32,000 nucleotides of DNA, from the NCBI RefSeq assembly GCF_000025945.1, contig NC_006138.1:900001-932000 (forward strand), written 5' to 3'. Under the pieces are notes generated by a model that saw only the letters and a list, made by a program, of their open reading frames with translations, was not told the DNA's origin and made no database searches. Shown in pieces: positions 1 to 7,919 of the stretch; positions within the stretch are counted from its first letter, which is position 1; every line of letters starts with the position of its first letter. This stretch comes from Desulfotalea psychrophila LSv54 (GTDB lineage Bacteria > Desulfobacterota > Desulfobulbia > Desulfobulbales > Desulfocapsaceae). The position numbers and the translations under genes are program-made.

Positions 1-168
1 CCACAGCTTTACATCAAAGATTTCTACAAATGTGACCCTGAGACCAAGCCACGTGTTATGAAGAATATTTGTAACGAATTAGTTCGTGAGCAACGTCTTA
101 TGTTCTGGTCTTCTGGATCAACCACCATGTACGGTGTACCAGAGAGAATTAAGAACGAAGAAGGCTGA
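1..168 (+). CDS. 3' end of an unidentified protein-coding gene (partial, runs off the window edge)
   Basis: Frame 1 is open from base 1 to TGA at 166-168 (...KNICNELVREQRLMFWSSGSTTMYGVPERIKNEEG*). A strong terminator follows immediately. Product not recognised. Confidence 0.5.
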   Translation, partial: PQLYIKDFYKCDPETKPRVMKNICNELVREQRLMFWSSGSTTMYGVPERIKNEEG

Positions 169-200
169 TAGACTCTTTTTGAGTTTGTTATGATTCAGGA

Positions 201-239
201 AGGGCCCATGGAGAGTTATCTCTATGGGCCCTTTTTTTA
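201..239 (+). terminator. Rho-independent terminator
   Basis: 12-bp stem AGGGCCCATGGA / TCTATGGGCCCT (one G-U pair), 8-nt loop, then a T7 run at 232-238. Confidence 0.85.
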
Positions 240-251
240 TGGAAGGGAAAA

Positions 252-1004
252 ATGTCTCAGATTATTAGAATAGCAGAAACTGCTTCGACCAATATTCTTG
301 CCAAGGAGTATGCCCGGGCCGGGGCAGACCATGGCTCTGCCATTATTGCTGAAAACCAAACGGCAGGGCGGGGGCGTTTAGGTAAGCAGTGGCAGTCTAT
401 TAGGGGAACAGGACTCTACTGTTCCATTATTATCCGACCACAACAGCTACCGCGTACAGAGTACCATAAACTTACCCTGGTAACAGGGCTTGCTGTGGCC
501 CTCTCTCTGGAGTTTCTCACGGCAAAATCCTTCCAGCTGAAGTGGCCCAATGATGTCTACTATAAAGGGGTGGGGAAGTGTGCAGGAATACTCTGTGAAT
601 CTGTCCTTGGAACTAATCCTCGCTCAGATTATCTGATTGCGGGTATTGGCATTAATGTGAATACCCGGCAAGAGGAGTTTGATGCTGAAGTTGCAGGTCG
701 GGCAGGATCCTTATTTTCGATCACAGGAGAGGAACTCTGCATAGACCATGTTTTCAACTCTGTTTATGAGCAGATTTTGGCCCAGGTCGACGAGTTTTTT
801 AGCGGAAATTTTTCCTCTATTCTATCGCAATGGCGACAGAGGGATATGCTGGCGGGGAGAAAATCCTGCTGGCTGACCATGGCGGGAGAAAGCGTTGAGG
901 GCATTGCAGAGGGGGTAAGTAGTAGTGGCCAACTTTATATAAGAGATGCGAGTGGAGAGCGACATGAGGTGCTCTCTGGTGATGTACAGCTTGTCAGAGC
1001 GTAA
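252..1004 (+). CDS. birA: Biotin--[acetyl-CoA-carboxylase] ligase, group I (no N-terminal HTH domain)
   Basis: 250 aa. Carries the biotin-ligase signature GRGRLGKQW (GRGRxGRxW) and a KWPND motif. GGAAGGGA lies upstream of the ATG. Confidence 0.9.
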   Translation: MSQIIRIAETASTNILAKEYARAGADHGSAIIAENQTAGRGRLGKQWQSIRGTGLYCSIIIRPQQLPRTEYHKLTLVTGLAVALSLEFLTAKSFQLKWPNDVYYKGVGKCAGILCESVLGTNPRSDYLIAGIGINVNTRQEEFDAEVAGRAGSLFSITGEELCIDHVFNSVYEQILAQVDEFFSGNFSSILSQWRQRDMLAGRKSCWLTMAGESVEGIAEGVSSSGQLYIRDASGERHEVLSGDVQLVRA

Positions 1005-1127
1005 TAGCTGTCCATCGAAATTGTATAGGGTTATGTCACTGTGTTCAACTCTTGCCGTGAGGGAGAGCACTAGCTCAATGCCTTGAGCCAGTGCCCTTAT
1101 AGCGGTCAGATTTCTAGGCTTGTCCTC

Positions 1128-2291
1128 CTAGAGTCCTGCAGCACTCTTTAACTCCTCTATCTTATCTGTACGTTCCCAAGGGAACTCTACATCACTACGT
1201 CCAAAGTGGCCGTAGGCTGCTGTCTGGCGATAAATTGGGCGGAGTAGGTCAAGTTGCTGAACGATGGCCTTGGGACGAAGATCGAAGTTTCCTAGAATAA
1301 GCTCTTTAATTGCCGCATCAGAGATTCTTCCTGTGCCAAAGCTATTGACGTTGATGGAAACAGGCTGGGCTATACCAATGGCGTAGGCAACCTGTATCTG
1401 AAGTTCGCTGGCAATACCAGCTGCCACCAGGTTTTTGGCGACATAGCGACCATAGTATGCAGATGATCTATCAACCTTGGATGGATCCTTTCCTGAGAAG
1501 GCACCACCACCGTGCAGGGCCTTGCCTCCGTAGGTATCGACGATAATCTTACGACCGGTAAGGCCGCAGTCACCAACCGGGCCTCCAATAACAAAACGGC
1601 CCGTGGGGTTAATGAAGAACTTGGTGTTGGCGTCAATCATATCAGCGGGCAGGGTCGGCTTGATAATCTCCTCCATTACCGCCTCTTTCAGATCGTTGTA
1701 ACTGATAGATTCATCGTGCTGGGTAGAGAGGACAACAGCGTCAATTCTTTTGGGTATCTTGTTCTCATACTCAATGGTTACCTGGCTCTTGGCATCGGGT
1801 CTGAGCCAGGGGAGAATGCTGCTTTTGCGTACCTGAGCCTGTCTACGGGTAAGTCTGTGGGCCAGGGTAATGGGCATGGGCATGAGGACATCGGTTTCAT
1901 TGCTGGCATAACCAAACATCAAGCCCTGATCGCCTGCTCCCTGATCAAGGTCAATACCTGCACCCTCATTAACGCCTTGGGCGATATCGGGTGACTGCTT
2001 GTCAATAGTGGTCATGACAGCGCATGATTGCCAGTCGAAGCCCATCTCCGATGAGTTGTAGCCAATCTCTTTAATAGTGTTGCGTACTACCTCGGGCATA
2101 TCAACCCAGGCTGAGGTGGTAATTTCACCGGCGATAAGTGCCATACCGGTGGTAACGAGGGTCTCGCAGGCAACTCGTGCCTGTGGATCTTGCTCTAAAA
2201 TAGCATCAAGAATAGCATCGGAAATTTGATCGGCCACCTTGTCAGGATGGCCTTCTGATACAGATTCTGATGTAAACAGGTAATTTGACAT
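1128..2291 (-). CDS. metK: S-adenosylmethionine synthetase
   Basis: [18 protein letters not shown]..., [12 protein letters not shown] and GGGAFSGKD motifs. Start is trimmed to ATG at 2289-2291, which has GGAGAC 7 nt upstream. The ORF-track start at 2324 adds 11 non-conserved residues. Confidence 0.97.
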   Translation of the reverse strand: MSNYLFTSESVSEGHPDKVADQISDAILDAILEQDPQARVACETLVTTGMALIAGEITTSAWVDMPEVVRNTIKEIGYNSSEMGFDWQSCAVMTTIDKQSPDIAQGVNEGAGIDLDQGAGDQGLMFGYASNETDVLMPMPITLAHRLTRRQAQVRKSSILPWLRPDAKSQVTIEYENKIPKRIDAVVLSTQHDESISYNDLKEAVMEEIIKPTLPADMIDANTKFFINPTGRFVIGGPVGDCGLTGRKIIVDTYGGKALHGGGAFSGKDPSKVDRSSAYYGRYVAKNLVAAGIASELQIQVAYAIGIAQPVSINVNSFGTGRISDAAIKELILGNFDLRPKAIVQQLDLLRPIYRQTAAYGHFGRSDVEFPWERTDKIEELKSAAGL

Positions 2292-2532
2292 AAAAAGTCT
2301 CCTTTTGTTACATATGTAAAGCATCTATTGCTTCTTGAAATAGTCGTACAGAAAATACCCACTATACATAATGGCGCAAGGTTTTTAGGATAATAAAAGG
2401 AGAAAAACGCAAAAACGATAATTAATGCGATATAAGATCCTCTGTGGTATCAATAAAGAGAGGTGTCCTGTTATGAAGAGATGGAGTGTGGATATCTATA
2501 GTGATTGAAATGATTTTTTCTTGGTGAAACAT

Positions 2533-3504
2533 ATGTCTATAGAAGCAGCGAAAAAGGTATTGGAAATAGAGGAACAGGGGCTTGCTGCCGTTCGTGAAAA
2601 TATTGGTGAAGAGTTTCTTGCCGCCGTTGAGGCTATTGTTAACTGCCCCACTCGGCTGGTAATCACGGGGATTGGTAAATCAGGTATTGTCGGTCAGAAA
2701 ATATCGGCGACCCTTAACAGTATAGGTACAAGTTCTTTTTTTCTTCATCCCGTTGAGGCCCTGCATGGCGACCTGGGGATGGTGATGGCAACGGATGTCG
2801 TTTTGGCAATCTCCTATTCAGGTGAAACGGCTGAGCTTAATGGTCTACTCAGAAGTTTAAAGGCTCGTGGCAACACTATTATTGGTATGACGGGAGGGGC
2901 AAAATCCACCTTGGCCATGGCATCGGATATTTTTCTTAATATACGAATTCCTGCCGAGGCCTGTCCACTTGGGCTTGCCCCCACCACATCGACCACCGCA
3001 ACCATGGCCTTAGGAGATGCCCTAGGCGTTGTTTTGCTTAATCGTAAGCAGTTTAAGGCTGAGGATTTTAGATTCAATCACCCCGGTGGTTCCCTGGGCG
3101 AGCGTCTTAAGGTGAAGGTTGCTGAGGTGATGATTACCGGTAGTGATATGCCCATGGTGGCGCCTGACCAAGATGCCATTGCTGCCCTAGCGGAGCTGAA
3201 CAGTAAAAATGTTGGAGCTGTTCTGGTGGTAGCTGATACAGGAATGCTCGCAGGAATTATTACCGATGGCGATGTTCGCCGTTATGTCCTCGATGCAGAG
3301 GCCCTGGAGGGGCTGTGTGCCGCGGATCTGATGACTAAGCATCCACTTACCATTGGTGACGGGGTGCTTGCTGCTGATGCTCTGAGCATAATGCAACAGC
3401 ATGAAGTGACTGTTCTTCCCGTGGTTAGCGAGGAGATGCGGTTAGTTGGTCTTCTCAATCTGCATAAGCTACTTGGCAAGGGTGAGTTCCGCTTTTTGAT
3501 TTAA
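2533..3504 (+). CDS. kdsD: Arabinose-5-phosphate isomerase (KpsF/GutQ/KdsD family; SIS domain plus two CBS domains)
   Basis: SIS motif VITGIGKSGIVGQKISATLNSIGT, then a C-terminal CBS pair (MITGSDMPMV..., LMTKHPLTI...). The ATG at 2533 is preferred over the TTG at 2521. Confidence 0.88.
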   Translation: MSIEAAKKVLEIEEQGLAAVRENIGEEFLAAVEAIVNCPTRLVITGIGKSGIVGQKISATLNSIGTSSFFLHPVEALHGDLGMVMATDVVLAISYSGETAELNGLLRSLKARGNTIIGMTGGAKSTLAMASDIFLNIRIPAEACPLGLAPTTSTTATMALGDALGVVLLNRKQFKAEDFRFNHPGGSLGERLKVKVAEVMITGSDMPMVAPDQDAIAALAELNSKNVGAVLVVADTGMLAGIITDGDVRRYVLDAEALEGLCAADLMTKHPLTIGDGVLAADALSIMQQHEVTVLPVVSEEMRLVGLLNLHKLLGKGEFRFLI

Positions 3505-3529
3505 GGGTAGGTCAGAGTATCCAGAGGTT

Positions 3530-5866
3530 CTAGTCGGCCTCTGGGCGAGGAGCAAATTGCCACTGATCTGTGGCTTTGTTGTATGCATAGTACATGACAA
3601 GGGTTAGTGGGCGATTCTGTGAAGTATCTGTTGCCTCCATTCTGTAAATGAGTTTTCCTGCTTCATCCTTAATAAATAGGATCTTGGGGGCCAGTAGCGT
3701 CTCTGGGGTAGCTGCGGGGTAATTTTCCAGGAAAATATCTATTTGCTGCCTCTGCAGAGCCACTCTTTTTTCTTCCACAAATTGTTCATTCTTTAGCATC
3801 TTCAGGTCTGAACTCATCTCCTCTTGTATTTGAATAAAGGCGGTCTCCTCGGCAAAGGCGCTTTGCTTGATAGTCTTGGCAATGTGTTGGTATGTTTTTA
3901 TTGCCTGGGCAAAGAGTTTAGCCTCTTTGTAGTTTTCACCGACCTGTTGATTTTGGATGATCTCTGTTTGCAGTATAATTCTTTTCAGTTTTTTGCTGCT
4001 CATGGCACTGTCTTCTTCTGGATCCGAGAGACCTTTGCCTTCAAGATTGGTTATAGCCCTCTTGTAGGCGGCAATGGCCTGCTCCCACTCTCCATTGGTA
4101 AAGGCTTCATTTCCCTGAGCAATCATTATGTAGAGTGCTATTTTACTGATTTTGTTTTCTGTTTCTGCTGCGGAGTTCTGCTTGGCCAGGGGATTGTCTT
4201 TTATTTTTTCCAAGGCATCGCGGTAGATCGGGAGGGCCTGGGCCCAGCTTGCAGTTTTGTAGAGTTTCTCCCCCTTCTCCGTGAGTTGCTGAAAGGCGCA
4301 TTCTTTGAGGCTAAACCTTATATCCTGCAAGGCGTGCTCAATTGCTGATCCAACTAATGTCTGGGCTTTCTTCTGGGCAGTTTGCAGCAGGGGTTCAGCC
4401 GATTTACAGCCATTTCTCTTATATTCAGTCAGGGCCCTCTCATGGGCCTGGTAAAAGCTTATCTCTGCTTTTGTCTGAAGCAGAATTTTTTTTTCTTTAT
4501 CCGTTTTGGCAATTGATCTTGCTTGGCGTAATCCTGCATTTGTTTTGGGCCAATCCCTGTTTGTTATGGCCGTTTGTACCTGAGCTATGACGGTACTAAA
4601 GGTAATAATTTTTTCCTGAGATTTTTTGTCTTGCCCTTTTTTATTAGAGAGATTAGCAGTTAGTCCTTGCCTGATCTGGGCAGAGAGGAGTATCTCTTTG
4701 CTCTTGGCCTCTATGCTAGAGAGCTTTTTACCGTAGAAAAGGGAAGAGGCTGAACTTTTTACCTGGGCACTTTCACAGAGAGCCTGTGCTGTTCTAAACT
4801 CTTTTCGTTCAAGGGCCGTTATGCACTGTTGATAGAGTCCTGTTGCCGATGTGGCTCTCCCCGTATCCTTAAAAAATTGTAAGGCGATGATTGCTGAGAT
4901 AATCGCGAAGAGGATAAGGGTGGGCAGAGGCGATATTCTGCCAAGGATATTTTGTTTTTTACTCTCTTTTGTTGGCAGGGGATTCTTCGCCTTTTTTCCT
5001 TCAAGAATAATTGCCTGTTCGAGACGCTTAATATTATCCTTAACATCGTAAAGATCAGAGACTTCTTCAAGGGCTTGGCGATACTTATCCAAGGCGCTCT
5101 GCGTTTCGCCATTTTCTTCATGGAGGCGGGCCTCTTTCTGCTTTTTCTGGGCGACGAGAAGAGCCTTGTCAGCTCTCTGTTGAAATGAACGACGTTCATT
5201 AAAGGTTGATTCGGTGGGAATTGCCTGTAGTTCTCTGTTGAGTTGGTTGAATCGTTTTTGGGCCAGGTATTCTTGGAGGAGAGAGAGATTATATCCCCTC
5301 TCTTTATCTGGAGTTGTGGCCTGCCCCTCGTCTGTGGGGCTTGATTCCAGAGAGATGGCGTCAAAGTTTATTGAAAAGTCGTCCTCTCTTACCTCTGGAA
5401 GGCTCGGGGCTATGGCTGTTTGCGCTAGCTCTGCCAGGGGAAAGTTGTCGGCGTGAGCAGCATACCATTGAGCCGCTCTTTCATTGAAGGCATTTTCTTT
5501 TGAGTAGACCTCACCTGTTATCATCCGAGATATAAATTCAACCAGTTCGGCACATGTTGTTTTGTCGGTCCAAAAATTGCCAAGACAAATTGCCCCAGGA
5601 TCAAAATCTGGGTGGAAGGTTGGGGTCAGTGGTTTGCAGTTGGGTGGGAAAAGTGGGAAACCAAAGGGGATTGAGAGTAATATGGCATGATGTTGCGATA
5701 GGCTGATTTTCTCTTTATCCTCAATGAGTCCTGTCAGTTGATAGCTGACCTCTGCCTCCTTGCCGTTTGTAGGGCTGTGAGGGGTAACCGTGATAAATTG
5801 ATGATCTGTAAAATAGGCGATCAGCTCTTTAATTGTCTCATCCTCTTGTGGCCTTGCAACTGACAT
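3530..5866 (-). CDS. Bitopic membrane protein: N-terminal UBC/E2-like domain, coiled-coil linker, single TM helix, C-terminal TPR-like helical repeats and a small beta-rich C-terminal module
   Basis: Uninterrupted 778-aa ORF. Residues ~58-135 match the E2 core pattern (FPLFPPNCKPLTPTFHPDFDPGAICLGNFW...). A hydrophobic 22-mer spans residues 311-332 and is preceded by a Lys/Arg-rich stretch. YxxAlxxy-type helical repeats follow the TM helix. Confidence 0.85.
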   Translation of the reverse strand: MSVARPQEDETIKELIAYFTDHQFITVTPHSPTNGKEAEVSYQLTGLIEDKEKISLSQHHAILLSIPFGFPLFPPNCKPLTPTFHPDFDPGAICLGNFWTDKTTCAELVEFISRMITGEVYSKENAFNERAAQWYAAHADNFPLAELAQTAIAPSLPEVREDDFSINFDAISLESSPTDEGQATTPDKERGYNLSLLQEYLAQKRFNQLNRELQAIPTESTFNERRSFQQRADKALLVAQKKQKEARLHEENGETQSALDKYRQALEEVSDLYDVKDNIKRLEQAIILEGKKAKNPLPTKESKKQNILGRISPLPTLILFAIISAIIALQFFKDTGRATSATGLYQQCITALERKEFRTAQALCESAQVKSSASSLFYGKKLSSIEAKSKEILLSAQIRQGLTANLSNKKGQDKKSQEKIITFSTVIAQVQTAITNRDWPKTNAGLRQARSIAKTDKEKKILLQTKAEISFYQAHERALTEYKRNGCKSAEPLLQTAQKKAQTLVGSAIEHALQDIRFSLKECAFQQLTEKGEKLYKTASWAQALPIYRDALEKIKDNPLAKQNSAAETENKISKIALYIMIAQGNEAFTNGEWEQAIAAYKRAITNLEGKGLSDPEEDSAMSSKKLKRIILQTEIIQNQQVGENYKEAKLFAQAIKTYQHIAKTIKQSAFAEETAFIQIQEEMSSDLKMLKNEQFVEEKRVALQRQQIDIFLENYPAATPETLLAPKILFIKDEAGKLIYRMEATDTSQNRPLTLVMYYAYNKATDQWQFAPRPEAD
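4871..4936 (-). other. Predicted transmembrane helix (residues 311-332, ISPLPTLILFAIISAIIALQFF)
   Basis: 22 consecutive apolar residues. The upstream flank KKAKNPLPTKESKKQNILGR is strongly basic, so the positive-inside rule places the E2-like domain in the cytoplasm. Confidence 0.75.
5426..5866 (-). other. UBC (E2 ubiquitin-conjugating enzyme)-like domain, residues 1-147; candidate catalytic Cys94 codon at 5585-5587
   Basis: AILLSIPFGFPLFPPNCKPLTPTFHPDFDPGAICLGNFWTDKTTCAELVEFISRMI aligns with canonical f.l.i.fp.dYPfkPPkv.F.t.iyHPNi...G.ICLdiL...W.p..ti..vL.si. The domain call rests on motif recognition only. Confidence 0.7.
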
Positions 5867-5896
5867 AATTACCCGATAATGTAAAATTTTTACGTG

Positions 5897-5924
5897 TTTA
5901 GCATAGCTATATTGGTTGCTATAA
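5897..5924 (+). promoter_or_regulatory. Candidate sigma70 promoter for the cNMP/DUF4388 gene
   Basis: TTAGCA (5897-5902), 16-nt spacer, TATAAT (5919-5924), lying in the divergent intergenic region. Confidence 0.35.
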
Positions 5925-6021
5925 TAAATACTATCAGTAAATGCAATTTTACTATTGTTCTATTTTAATAGAGGTGCTGAGGCAGGGTCTCTCTCTCTTC
6001 TACCTCGTCCCAGTGAGAATT

Positions 6022-7107
6022 ATGCTTAAAAAACCACTTTTCTTTCGAATAATTGAGCAAAAAAATTGTCCCATCTATGCAAAAGGGGAGCAATTTTTCT
6101 TATCAGAAAAGAGTTTTTCTTCTCCTGCCGGGAAAGATGCATGTTTAATTTTAGTTCGAAATCTGATAGAGCTCTTGTTTCAGCTCAGGGGGCAGTCTCG
6201 TTCTGAAACAGAGGGTCTTGTCTTTAATTGTAGCGGTTGTGTTGGCTTAATAAAATATAAAATTATTGAGTGCAGGGAAAAAAGAGACGTAGATCTTGTT
6301 CCGCTAGGTGTGAGTCTGGAACGGATCATTGAAGGTGCCTATGGGTTTGATATAAATAGTCCCTTTCTCCGTGCCCTCTCTGTAGATGGCCTTGATGGCA
6401 TTTTAGAGAAGTTTAAATTTGTTGAGCTTTGTTCTGGAGCGGTGCTTATGCAAAAGGGAAAGCGCAACTCCTCTCTCTATCTCCTGCTTGAGGGAGAGCT
6501 TCTTGTGGAAGATGGAGGTTTTATCCTGGGACGATTTTCCGCAGGAGATATTTGTGGTGAGATGAGTTATTTGGGAGCAGACCTTGCCGTCTCAACTATA
6601 CGGTCTAGTCGGGCAAGTAGATTACTTGCCATAGGCAGTAGCGATTTTGCCGAGTTGGTTTTTGCTAAGCCTGCAGTGCAGTTATTTATGGCAAAACTTA
6701 TGGCCCAGAGATTAGCCCGCAGTAATGCGGAGCGATCCCGTGATTTGCAGTCCTGCATGTCCGGGCGTCTTGATACGATTGCTGCCGCGGAACTATTGCA
6801 AATTTTCCATATGAATCAAAAAACGGGCATGCTCTTTCTGGCCCTGCGCGGAGGGCAGGCAAGTGTTTTTTTTCTTGAGGGGAGTGTAGTGCGCGCCCTC
6901 TATAAGGGCTTGGTTGGAAAAGAGGCCTTCTTTGCAATTTTAGTTGAAAAAAAAGGACGTTATCGATTCACCACAGGGCTTAGTCAGGAGGATATGAAAT
7001 CACCGGTAATCGGTGATTTCATGTCGATTTTGCTGGAGGGCATTCAACAGGTCGATGAGGCAGAACCTCAGGGGTCTTGCAGTCGGGACTTAGCTGCGAT
7101 TTTTTGA
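6022..7107 (+). CDS. Multi-domain regulator-like protein: N-terminal Cys-containing module, cyclic-nucleotide-binding-like (CAP_ED) domain, C-terminal DUF4388 domain
   Basis: CAP_ED-like segment LMQKGKRNSSLYLLLEGELLV...GDICGEMSYLG. DUF4388-like segment GRLDTIAAAELLQIFHMNQKTGMLFLALRGGQASVFFLEGSVVRALYKGLVGKEAFFAIL. Start is placed at ATG 6022 (MLKKPLFF...); the upstream ATG at 5941 is possible. Confidence 0.8.
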   Translation: MLKKPLFFRIIEQKNCPIYAKGEQFFLSEKSFSSPAGKDACLILVRNLIELLFQLRGQSRSETEGLVFNCSGCVGLIKYKIIECREKRDVDLVPLGVSLERIIEGAYGFDINSPFLRALSVDGLDGILEKFKFVELCSGAVLMQKGKRNSSLYLLLEGELLVEDGGFILGRFSAGDICGEMSYLGADLAVSTIRSSRASRLLAIGSSDFAELVFAKPAVQLFMAKLMAQRLARSNAERSRDLQSCMSGRLDTIAAAELLQIFHMNQKTGMLFLALRGGQASVFFLEGSVVRALYKGLVGKEAFFAILVEKKGRYRFTTGLSQEDMKSPVIGDFMSILLEGIQQVDEAEPQGSCSRDLAAIF

Positions 7108-7132
7108 AAAGCCCTGTTCATCAGGCCGCTCT

Positions 7133-7756
7133 CTACTCTTTGAATGGGGCCAATTCTAAGATATCCAAGAAGTTATCCACGTGAAAATTCGCATTGAGAT
7201 CCTTGTTTCTAAAGGCAATAAGAGGAACTCCGGCACTGGCAGCCTGTTGCTCATCCATAGTTGTATCTCCAATATGAATAGCCTCCTCAGGCTTACACCC
7301 AAAATGTTCTAATATTTCCAACATGCCATCGGCAGCAGGTTTGGGCCGTTTTGAGTTAACAGCTGTCATGACCTTGCCAAAATATTTTTTCAGCCCGTAG
7401 CTCTCTAACAGGGTCTCCATTGTTTCACTTCTATTGGTCGATATGGCTAGGTGAAAACGGTCTTTGATTGTCTCCAGGAAAACCGGTAGGTCTTTTTCCA
7501 TGTTCATATGACGGAGGAAGGAGCTGTAGTCGGTGTTTGCCCGTAGTCCTTCTATCTCTTGCATTGACTGCTCTGGATAGTTGCGAAAGATGTGTTTGAG
7601 GGCGTTTGTCACATTTGCGGCATGGACATAGTTAAGCTCGTCCTCATCCATGGGGGGGTGGCCAAGTTGGTCGAGGAGATAATTATAGTAGCTTTTGTTG
7701 AGATTTTTGGAGTCGAACATCACTCCGTCGCAGTCAAAGATAACAAGCTTGAGCAT
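7133..7756 (-). CDS. HAD-superfamily hydrolase (subfamily IA, phosphatase-like)
   Basis: Motif I at the N-terminus (VIFDCDGVMFDS), motif II (AISTN) and motif IV (HIGDTTMDEQ). Confidence 0.85.
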   Translation of the reverse strand: MLKLVIFDCDGVMFDSKNLNKSYYNYLLDQLGHPPMDEDELNYVHAANVTNALKHIFRNYPEQSMQEIEGLRANTDYSSFLRHMNMEKDLPVFLETIKDRFHLAISTNRSETMETLLESYGLKKYFGKVMTAVNSKRPKPAADGMLEILEHFGCKPEEAIHIGDTTMDEQQAASAGVPLIAFRNKDLNANFHVDNFLDILELAPFKE

Positions 7757-7854
7757 GGGCTATCACCGGGGTATTGATTTATGCGTTGAGTTAGGGGATG
7801 GGTTGTAATCCGTGGAGGCTTTTCTGCTAGCAACTGGGTAGGCAGGAAGCTGTG

Positions 7855-7902
7855 CTTATAAATATGGCCCCTCCTGCTAGGACTTCTGCTGGCAGGAGGG
7901 GC
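7855..7902 (-). terminator. Probable intrinsic terminator downstream of secDF
   Basis: 11-bp GC-rich stem GCCCCTCCTGC (7867-7877) / GCAGGAGGGGC (7892-7902). On the minus strand it is followed by CAUAUUUAUAAGC. Confidence 0.5.
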
Positions 7903-7919
7903 ATTGTTAAAAGAGTAAC

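Noticed and set aside
1370-1994. ORFs 1512-1994 (+) and 1370-1636 (-) within metK.
   Set aside because: They overlap the highly conserved metK frame and are shadow ORFs.
2292-2532. Possible SAM riboswitch in the metK leader (metK/kdsD divergent spacer).
   Set aside because: I could not find the conserved SAM-I, SAM-II or SAM-SAH core motifs by eye on the minus strand. An Infernal scan would be needed, and nothing supports a call.
3824-5456. Several 66-181-aa ORFs on both strands inside the E2-like/TPR gene (3824-4348 +, 4342-4590 +, 4819-5364 -, 4851-5051 +, 4952-5188 +, 5214-5456 +).
   Set aside because: All overlap the single 778-codon frame. They are rich in Leu/Phe/Ser, as expected from reading a Lys/Glu-rich gene out of frame. 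None has an SD or known motifs.
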